Below are positions 54,494 through 64,000 of a stretch of DNA of 64,000 bases, one piece after another (positions within the stretch are counted from its first letter, which is position 1; the number at the start of each line of letters is the position of its first letter). Location of the stretch: NCBI RefSeq assembly GCF_009914755.1, contig NC_060935.1, one strand, 5' to 3'. This stretch comes from the human T2T-CHM13v2.0 reference genome, Homo sapiens. A program made the position numbers and the translations under genes. A model generated the notes under the pieces. It was given only the letters and a program-made list of their open reading frames with translations, did not search any database and had not been told where the DNA came from.

Positions 54494-54588
54494 CTTCAGC
54501 TCAGTCTGACCTCTGATATCAATTTGGTAGCTTTCATCAAGGCTGAGCAGTATCTGGACAGTGCTTTGGCTGACATGAATTCTGTATG
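54494..54588 (-). pseudogene. GUCY2EP: GUCY2EP exon, 95 nt
   Basis: cttctcAG|CATACAGA...CTGAAG|GTGAGA; [32 protein letters not shown]. Confidence 0.95.
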
Positions 54589-55377
54589 CTGAGAAGAAAG
54601 GCAGTCATCAGATCATCACCTGGTGACAGCATACCTAGTATTTGGTAAAATCATTAAGAGGCTGCGACGACTGCAGTTCCAATCAATCATACACATAGTG
54701 ATGATTTATGCAATACCCTTCTTCTGGGCCTCTTGTCCCTCTAAATTGTTGGAACACTAAAAGAGACCCAGAGGCAAAGCAAATTACATAGGTTGAGTGC
54801 TAAGGGGAACTCACGATGGAGTCAGAACCCCTAGGAACATAATTTCTACTTGTAAGCAAGTCTGTGAAGGCTGAGTCTGAGAAGATACACAGTTTTTAGT
54901 TTTCTTTTAAGAGCAGGACTTCCCAGTAGAGCCATAGCGTCCAGCTATGCGGGATGTATGTACTCTGAACATTAAGGAGCAACTACCTACACAGCCAGAG
55001 GCAGAGGACCTGGGGCTTCAACATCTTAGCTGCTCTAGCCAAGCCATCATGGTAGCTCCTGCTGCCAGTAAGGGCCAAAAACGCTGGGGATGTCTTCATG
55101 GTGGTGTCAGGACTGCCCCAGCATAAAAGGAGGTGGCACGTGACCAATTAAAAAAAAAACACTTTAAAGGGTCTCCTCTTTGTACAATGGGGAAACTAAG
55201 GCCTACAGGAAGAACATTTTGCCCAAGGACACTAAGCAAGCCAGTTGCAGAGCCAGGGCTAGGACCCAGATTTCCTGCCTCTTGAGTCATTGTTTTCTCT
55301 GCTAATGCCCTCATGAGATCACCACAAATATTGTGTGGAAAGTTAAAAGAGCCAATGACGTATATCATCTCCTTCTA

Positions 55378-55728
55378 TTAGGTTGGTGCAAAAGTAATTG
55401 CAGCTTTAGCCATTAGCTGTTTTTTTTCTTTCTTTCTTTCTTTTTTTTTTTTTTTGCGATCTCGGTTCACTGCTCTGCCTCCCGGGTTTGGTGGTTCACG
55501 CCTGTAATCCCAGCACTTTGGGAGGCCAAGGCAGGTGGATCACAAGGTCAGGAGATCAAGACCATCCTGGCTAACATGATGAAACCCTGTCTCTACTGAA
55601 AATACAAAATATTAGCCGGGTGTGGTGGCATGCGTCTGTAATCCCAGTTACTCGGGAGGCTGAGGCAGGAGAATGGCGTGGTCATTAGTTTTAACGCCAA
55701 AATGGCTATTACTTTTGCACCAACATAG
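55378..55728. mobile_element. MADE1 mariner MITE split by an internally inverted AluY
   Basis: Left arm ttaggttggtgcaaaagtaattgc, right arm attacttttgcaccaacatag, flanking TA dinucleotides (55376-77, 55729-30). Confidence 0.93.
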
Positions 55729-55864
55729 TAGTTGCTTTCCTGAAAACTAGGGTACGCCGCCACCAGGTGGTGATTTGGTTACCAAGAACTATATTAAACA
55801 GCCAGGCCGCACAGGTTATTGAAAGAGTCTCTCCCCGGGCAGGATAGAAGTGTGAGATACTCAT

Positions 55865-55963
55865 GCAGCCCTGTGGACTCCATCTGGGAAGCCGTGTTGA
55901 CAGTGTCCCCAGAGAGGCAATACCAAGGCATCGTGAGACCCACGACCCCTGCTGCACAGGGCC
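55865..55963 (-). pseudogene. GUCY2EP: GUCY2EP exon, 99 nt, with mutated donor
   Basis: gtttcAG|GGCCCTGT...; [33 protein letters not shown]; followed by ATGAGT instead of GTGAGT. Confidence 0.95.
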
Positions 55964-56647
55964 CTGAAACTCGAATGTACCCAGTGAGCTCCAGCAGGTC
56001 TTGGACCAGAGAGAGAGCCCAGTGACAGCCTCACCCTTCTCTACCCTCCGTGCCATTCCCCACTGCACTTCCTGGGCTCCAGTTGCGGGGTGAGGATAAA
56101 GCTAACTGGAGTCTCCAATGACATCCAGAGAGGAGCTGATGCTTGTGCCAGGCTCTGTGCTGGAGGTGAGGGGCCGTAGATAGATCAGAGCCCCTCCCTG
56201 CTCTTGGGCAGCTCCCAGCCTGGTGGGGAGAGATGTGTAACCTGCAATCAAGGCTGTGATGAAAGAAGCACCAGGACTGTGCCAGCACCAAAAAGGGCCT
56301 CTAACCCAGCCCAGGGGACTTGCTGGAGAAGAGGATACATGTGCTCTGTTTTGAAGGATGAGAGAATGAGTGGGCAGGGAACAGCAGGTGCAGAGGCACA
56401 GAGGCAGGGAACCCGTGTGTGTGAAACTGCACACAGCAGAGTGTGGTTGGAGGGCCATGCAGGAAGTGGTGGGAGATGCGGTTGGAGAGGCTATGGCAGT
56501 GGCGGGGCGGTGGTGGCAGTGCCAATGGACTTTATCCTGCAGGCGAGGGGAACCATGGTGGAAGGAGTAGGGACATGGGAAGGGTATACTCATGACTCTG
56601 AGGGCTCTCCCAGATCCATCCCAGCAATCATTTGGTTGTTTGCATGA

Positions 56648-56999
<352 letters not shown>

Positions 57000-57190
57000 A
57001 GACTCTCTTATTTATAACATAATTAGGACCCCAAAATAATGTAAGGAAAAAGAAACGTAAGATGTTTTTACTATAGAGTTTTGAATCTCAGACATCCAGA
57101 AGCATGCCACTGGAGGCGTCCCAGCCAGCGCCCCAGGGAAGATTGGGAGATGGATGTGGCCCCCTCACCCTGGAGGCCCCTAGCCCATAC

Positions 57191-57365
57191 CTGAATGCAG
57201 GCCAGCCCTGATGCAAATGGGCACGTTGGGTGCATGCCTCTTCCGGAAGTCACCCACAGAGCCAAGGATATCCAGAGCCATGTTATTGATCTCGGCCGCA
57301 TGCTGACTGCCATTGCACTGAGGCAGCCCCCACACCACCATGTAGGCGTCCCCAATGGTCTCCAC
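57191..57365 (-). pseudogene. GUCY2EP: GUCY2EP exon, 175 nt
   Basis: ggtttctAG|GTGGAG...CATTCAG|GTATGG; [58 protein letters not shown]. Confidence 0.95.
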
Positions 57366-58097
57366 CTAGAAACCACAGCCTTCACAATCCAGCGTGAGAA
57401 CATATCCTCGCTGGCCCACCACACATTCTGCTACACATGGCTGCTTCTCGGGAGTCCCAACCTGCCCCGTGGGTCTCTGGCCCGCAGTGCCATCTTTGCC
57501 AGGCCTCCAGTGCCAAGCACTTTAGCAACGATTGGATCTGTACATTTCAGATCACCTTTGTCTGTATTCCAGGTGACAGTGGCTTTTTTTTTTTTTTTGT
57601 CTCTGGCCTCAGTCCACAAGCTCCTTGGTGGCAGACCTGGGTACCCCATCTGCTCAAGGCCATACTGGCAGATCAGGGATTAATTTGGAGAGGACCGTAT
57701 ATATTTAGAGGACGCCTCCAATTTTCCAAACCCTGCTGGCCTTCCAAAGGTTTACTGGAAAGAATGTAGGTTTTGGAATGAGACAGATGTAGGTTCAAGC
57801 CCTGGCCCTGCCATTTACCTGGACGACTTCACCTGGGCGAGCCTCAGTTTCCTCTTACGTGGAATGAATGTTAGAGGTGAAGTATTTACAGAAGCAGGCA
57901 TACCAGTGCTGAATACACAGAGGCTGCTGTCGTCCTCCTCCTCATCATCACGGTTTTGGAATCTCCTAACTGGAAGGGGCTTTGCTGGTCACCCACCCAA
58001 TTTCCCCCACCCCAGTTGCTGTCCTTGCCCACTCACATCCCTCGATAGGAAAGTCTCTCCTTCTTCAGTAGCCACTTCTCTCTTTAGGCAACTCCGA

Positions 58098-58278
58098 TTT
58101 TCTTTCTTTCCTCTTTCTTTCTTTCTTTCCTTCTTTCTTTCTTTCTTTCCTTCTTTCTTTCTTTCTTTCCTTCTTTCTTTCTTTCTTTCCTTCTTTCTTT
58201 CTTTCTTTCCTTCTTTCTTTCTTTCTTTCCTTCTTTCTTTCTTTCTTTCCTTCTTTCTTTCTTTCTTTCTTTCTTTTT
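58098..58278. repeat. Alu-tail-derived (CTTT)n/(CCTT) repeat with a 20-bp higher-order period
   Basis: ctttctttccttctttcttt occurs in 7 perfect copies at 58121-58260. Confidence 0.97.
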
Positions 58279-58284
58279 ACCAAG

Positions 58285-58548
58285 GTTGCCCAGGCTGGAG
58301 TGCAGTGGCGTGATCTCAGCTCACTGCAACCTCCGCCTCCTGGGTTCAAGTGACTCTCATGCCTCAGCCTCCTAAGTAGCTGGGACTACAGGCGTGAGCC
58401 ACCACGCCTGGCTAATTTTTGTATTTTTTGCATAGATGGGGTTTCACAACGTTGGCCAGGCTGGTCTTGAACTCCTGACCTCAGGTGATCTGCCTGGCTC
58501 AGCCTCCCAAAGTCCTGGGATTACAGGTGTGAGCCACTGCCCCCAGCT
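58285..58548 (-). mobile_element. AluS
   Basis: TSD gcaactc(c/t)gattttc at 58088 and 58549 encloses both the microsatellite and the Alu. Confidence 0.95.
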
Positions 58549-61500
58549 GCAACTCTGATTTTCAAAACTTGAGTTGAGTTAAAACCTGCCTTTCACCGGC
58601 TGGTTCCAGCTCCACCCCTTGAACTGGACCCATATACCTTTCCTAAGCACCTTCCTCTGTTCCTAAGTCCCTGTTCTAGGTGCTTGGAACACAGATGTGA
58701 ATGAAGCATAGCCTTCTCCCCTGCCACAGGCCAAGCCTGCCAGGGTGAAGACAGTGACTCTACCCTCTGAGTCTTTCCTGGCTCCTGCACTGTTCCTCCT
58801 ACAGCAAGTACATGTTGGCTTCACTGGGCCTGGGCGGCAGAGCCTCCCTTGCCAGGCACTTCTGCACTTAGCGCCTGGTACACAAGAATCGTGATGCTCC
58901 ACAGCCCTTAGGGGGCGCTGTAATTCAAAAAATTTCTCACGCAACATGCAAGTGTGGGCTGTGCCCCACTACCAACGCCCCCACGACCCTGTGATCTCTC
59001 CCTCACCCCGACTGTCCTCCACCTCACCACCAAAAAGTGATCTGCCCTAATCACATCACATTCCGCTCTGATATGCACTTCAATTTGCTCCCTATGGCCA
59101 TGGCTTAAAATTCAGGCCCCCTGGCCTAGCTATCAAGGGCCTCCTTCATCTGCAGGATTTCCTGACGTTTTCTAACAGTTGCTTCTGGTTCCCCATGCTT
59201 CAGCCAGACAGAAACCCTTTCTACCATTTCAAGAGACACCTACTGCTTGCTCACGTCTGCCAGGTCCCTCTGCCTGAAAAGCTATCCCAGTCTCTAACTG
59301 CTGAAATCCCACCCCTCCATCGGTCCCGCTCACACGTGATCTAGGGCACAGAATCTTCCCAGTCCCCAGCTGTGAGAAAGATGTTTCCCTCCTCTGGGCT
59401 GTGGCCTGCTCTCTCGCCCTGCGGCCTGCCTGCTGCTGTCCACCCAGCATTCATTGGCTGGTGGTAAGAGTGGCGGGGGTGGTGGCAGGGCTGCCCCAAG
59501 CTGTGCACCTTTCCACAAAAGAGATTTTCCACTCCACTCCCCAGGAGGGAAAATTTTGAGAGACTCCTGGCTTTCCCTTCTCTCTCTTCTTCCTCACCGC
59601 AGGAGGTGGAATGCCTTACTTGATTGGCGAGACGGAAAAAGGACTCAGTGCCTCTTAAATACTCGTATAGTGCTCACTATGTGCCATACACAGTCCCAAA
59701 CCCTTTACAATTATGAACGCATTAGATCGTCACAAGAATTCGGGGATGTGAGTACTATTACTAAGGCCATGTTATAGGTGAAAACTGGGTCAGAGGCATT
59801 AAGTCACTTGCCATGGTCACTTGTAGCCAGTGCGTGGGTTTGAACTTGGTCAGTCCAGCTCCAGAGTCTGTGCACTATGCTGCCTCTTGATGGACATGGC
59901 TTGGGCCCTTTCTCTCTCTCTTTTGAGGAGGTTCTGCTCCCACCCTGCCTGCTGGGTGTGCAGCTGTGATTCAGGGACGGTGCACCAGCTCTGGGGACCC
60001 AGCCCTGCCTCAGATGTGTGCCCCCACAGTCCAGACTAGAGGGGAGGAGTAGAAAGCCTCATAGTGGCCACACAACCAGACCACATTCTCTGATCTGCTA
60101 AAGCTGATCTCTAAGCTGCTGACCTGCCTGATGCCTGAGCTGGAAGGGAACATGCAGGGTGATTAACATTCACTCCTTACCCCTAGAGACAGAAAGATGA
60201 CCAGGCACAGGCATGCTCTCCAGGGACTCGTAAAGGTGATGTATTCAAAGCTGCCTATCATAGTGGGCTCTCAGCTGTAAGTGAGGCAGTGGTTCCCTTC
60301 ACAGATGGGAGAAACAGCCAGGGGAGAGGTGCAAGCAAAGGGTCCATACTATCAAACGCAGATGTGAATTCTAACCCCACCACTGACTTGCTGTGTGACC
60401 CTGGGTGAGTCATTTACCCTCCCTGTGCCTGCATCCTCATCTGTACAGTAGGGATAGTAATCCATACCCCTGACAGGCACTGAAAGGGTTAGATTAGATC
60501 ACTTGTGAAATTTCCCCAGCCAACTTAGCCCTCTGTAGGTGATTAACTAATGCTGCCCTTTCCCTCTGTGCTTTCAGCATCTGGCATGTGGCAGGTGCTC
60601 AAGGTTAAGGTGGTGCCTAAATGACCAATGGTGCTTTCTCTCACATTCCTTAATCTGCAGAGCAATCCTAAACCAGAGACACTTTCATCCCTGTTTTATA
60701 AGTGGAGTACTGAGGCTCAGAGAGGTGACGTGCCCAGGGTGGCTTGGCAGTAGGGCCAGGGCAAGACTTACGCCTGGCTGAGCCACAGGTGGGGCTGAGG
60801 CCTTGCCTCCGTGACAGTCCCCAGCGGCTCCGCTCTGGAGTCATGTCCATGAAAGTGCACACTCAGCGAGCGTGGGAGGGAATTGCAGACCCCTGCAAAA
60901 CCAGGAAATGATTGTCTGGCTGCCTCCCAACCCAGACCGGATTAAAGAGCAGTAACCAGATCCTGTTGGGGACGAAGGGGAAACCAAGGTGGATGGCGTG
61001 AGTGATGAGAGACACTTGCACACCATGAAGAAGGGGCCTCCTCTTTCCCCACATCTGGAGGGTTGTGTGGGCCTTGTTTGATTTCATTTCATTCTGCCAG
61101 AAAGATGCAGACCTCCTGGCCAGGGTTCAGAGCAGATGAGAAGGGATGATTCAGAGCCAGGGGACACATGTGTGAGGAAAGATTAGCAGTGGAGGAAGAC
61201 ATAAGGCCGGGGTGACTCAGGGCAGATCAAAGCTGTGGGGCTCAGCGAGATGAGATGAGGAATGTTTTCCTGGGGCTGTGGGGCCAGGGTGGCTCTGGAG
61301 GCAAGAGGGAAACTCAGGAACGCCTTGGAACCGCAGGCCAGGGCGGGGATCTAAGGTCCTGAGTGGGGAACAGGAGGGAAGCTGCACCCTTGGGTGTCAG
61401 TGGTGCAGGTCCCTGTGGGTGTGTGTCGGTCAGTATGGTGCAGTGGATGGAGCACCATGGTGGATGCCATAGGTTCCTGTCCTGGCTCTGCTGATGGCCA

Positions 61501-63240
61501 GCTGTGTGACCTTAGGTGGGTCACTTCCCTCTCTGTGCCTCAATGTCCTCCTCATTCCCTCAACACACATTTCCTGAGGATCTATGATGTGCTGAACACT
61601 GCCGGCCACTGGGGAGTAATTCAGTGTGGAAACATAAAGTGCAATGTAGGGGGAGTTATGCGAGCATCAAACAGGTGCCCCTAACTGTATCTAGGAGGGG
61701 GAGAAGACTAACCCGAGACCAGACACACGGCCAGGAGGGAGCTAGGTGAAGAGGAGGGAGAGTGCTGCTCCAGGAGGAGAAACAGAGGTCCCAAGGCCTG
61801 GTGGCTAGAGACAGCGAGGCATGTGTGAGGATCCAGAGGCCTGCAGAGGTGGAGCGGCTAGAGACACAACTGGGGAGGTAGGTAGGGCAGCTCCTGGAGG
61901 GCTTGTGGGCCATTATGAACCCACAGCTTTATCCTGAGGATGTCTATGTCATGGGGATGGTGAGCCTCCCTGAAGAAGGGCCTTTGGACCAGCATAATCA
62001 GGTTCAAATCTTGGCCTCAGATCCCACTAGGATGATGTTAACAAATAAGCCACTTAGCCTCTGCTGCCTCATTTTCCTCATATATAAATTAGCAGTACCA
62101 CTTCATACCTCATAAATTGTTTTGCTGAATAAATGGGCTGATACATATAAAGCATTTAATACTAGCATCCAGTATACACTAAACACTCAATAAGTGTTGG
62201 TGATTATTGTTGTTGGGGTACTATAAATAATGCTATCAGCAGATTGTCTGGCATCTCAAAGAGTTCATCGTGTCCTCGGAAAATTCCTCCCAAGGCATCC
62301 TTTTCAATCTGGCTTCAGCCCTCAGGGCCTGGCCCTCCCCTGCCTCTGCCTTTGTGGAGGGCCGTGGCTGGACAGGGCTGGTGAGTCACAAATTAGGGCT
62401 AAGGCCAATAGAGCCTTGGTGTGTTGTTTCCTGGGACCTCCCTCCGTACCTTCCCTACCATGTCTGAAGCTGCCCCTAGACCCCCTGGATCAGAACGAGG
62501 AGAAGGGTTGGGGTTGGAAGGTCCCCACAGCATGGGTAGAGTGGAGGAGTGGCAGGCAGGAGGTGACTACCTCTCACACTCCATGCTTGACACCCACTTG
62601 CGCATGGGGGACAGGATCCTCCCATCCTCCGTGAACACCCCCAGGACTGTGCTCACCATTCCTGTTCACTGTCAAAGAAACAGAGGCCCAGAGAGGGGAA
62701 GCTGTTAGCCCAAAGCCACACAGAAGCTGGTGGCCAGGCTGGGGCTCAAACCCAGGACTGAGAGGTGCACAGGGAGGGGTTTGAAGGCCCTGCTGAGGCC
62801 TCTGCTGTTCTCTCCAGTGCCCCCAACTCCCCACTCCTGGCCCATTCCTGTCCAGCCAGCCCAGCTTATTCAGCATTGCCACACTCACCAGGCCCTCTGA
62901 AGCCTCAGGCTTTAGCATATTTTTCCCCCATTGCCTGCTTAGGACTGCCACTCCCAGATGGGACAATGCTGGGAAGACAGCACCTCTTCCAGGAAGTCTT
63001 CCCTGCTCTTTACACATCTACCCCTAGCTGGGTTGGGGCCCTCTCAGCCTCCTCTGCCTCCCAGGATTATTACTTTCACTGCGGGTCATTATCTTTTACC
63101 TACAGGACTGAGAGCTCCTTGAGCATAGGATTGGGAGCTGAGTCATCTGTCTGCTCATGCCCAGCACAGGGTCAGGCACAGAAGAGCCTGCTGATAAGAT
63201 TGTAAAGTGATGGATAGATGGACAATGGACAAGTAAACAC

Positions 63241-63740
63241 TGTGGTCCATTAAATGCAAAATGGCCCATATCCTCCACCCGCTCTATGTTCACCCCATTG
63301 CAATGGGACTCTGAAGCTTCTTCCATCAAGAGGTGGACTTTGTTTCCTCAGCTCTTGAATCTGAGCTAGTCTTTCATTTTGACCAATAGAATACATCAGA
63401 AATTGTAAAATGCCTGATCCCAGATTAGATCTCAAGAGCCTTGTGTACTTCTGTCCTCTCTCTCAGAACCCTGCCACATCATGTAAACAATCCCGGACTA
63501 GCCTGCTGGAGGAAGATAGACTGTGGAACAGAATTGAGTTCCACAAGGCTCCAGAGACATGAGAGAACCCAACTGAGATCAGCAGAGCAGCTACCTCACC
63601 CATGGCTGACCACAGATGTATGAGTGTGTCCAGAAGAACTTTCTGGTGGCCCCATAGGTTTGTGAACAATAATAAATGCTTATCATTTTACCCTATTGAG
63701 TTTGGGGGTATTTATTATACAGCAATAGCTAGCTGATATA
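63241..63740 (+). mobile_element. MLT1G/H-like solo LTR
   Basis: aaaatggccc...ccatcaagaggtgga...cttgaatctg and terminal cagcaatagctagctgatata. Confidence 0.8.
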
Positions 63741-63829
63741 AATACATAAATAAATGAATGGAAGTAATTGTACCATCAAGGCACAGTAGTAAAGGGAGGA
63801 ATGGAATGCCAGCCTCCTGGTATTCTCAC

Positions 63830-64000
63830 CTTATACAGGTCATGGCTGCCCAGAACAGCATCAAACAGCATGTAGAGATCGTTGAGCAAGCCCACCGCCT
63901 CAATGGGTTCACTCAGGGCTGAGATGATGGTGAAACCCACAATGTCACTGAAGTATATGGTAACCTGGTCAAAATACCCTGGTTCCACAGTTGCCCCCAT
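63830..64000 (-). pseudogene. GUCY2EP: GUCY2EP exon (start of cyclase domain), truncated by the window edge
   Basis: [57 protein letters not shown]; donor AAG|GTGAGA at 63830/63829. Confidence 0.95.

Noticed and set aside
57864-58349. Phe/Leu/Ser-rich and Lys/Glu/Arg-rich ORFs
   Set aside because: Translation of the (CTTT)n tract and the adjacent Alu.

Overview
Human genomic DNA, recognisable as the 11q13.5 LRRC32/GUCY2EP locus. The one intact protein-coding gene is LRRC32 (GARP, the latent TGF-beta docking receptor) on the minus strand. It has a CpG-island first exon (~31092-31226), a probable alternative MIR-derived first exon (~30240-30480), a signal-peptide exon 2 (CDS 26347-26430) and a large exon 3 (CDS 20083-21987). 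The protein is 662 aa, and the ~2.1 kb 3'UTR ends after ATTAAA at 18022-18027. On the same strand, upstream of LRRC32, lie the last six coding exons of the unitary pseudogene GUCY2EP (olfactory guanylyl cyclase GC-D). I reconstructed these by eye: they carry catalytic-site substitutions, a GT>AT donor loss, a 1-nt frameshift and two tandem premature stops. The rest is typical primate repeat-rich DNA (Alu, L1, L2, MIR, MaLR/MER21 LTRs, DNA transposons, a 19-bp VNTR, microsatellites). I found no new gene or multi-gene system. The most interesting observations are: (i) each of the two LRRC32 first exons carries a single uORF ending on or 9 nt before the GARP start codon, suggesting translational control of GARP; (ii) a twin-primed (internally inverted) AluY sits inside a MADE1 mariner MITE; (iii) a tail-less, apparently internally primed Alu lies in an L1; (iv) a strong reverse-oriented CTCF motif lies between the two genes. 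Repeat subfamily names and TSS positions are by eye and approximate.
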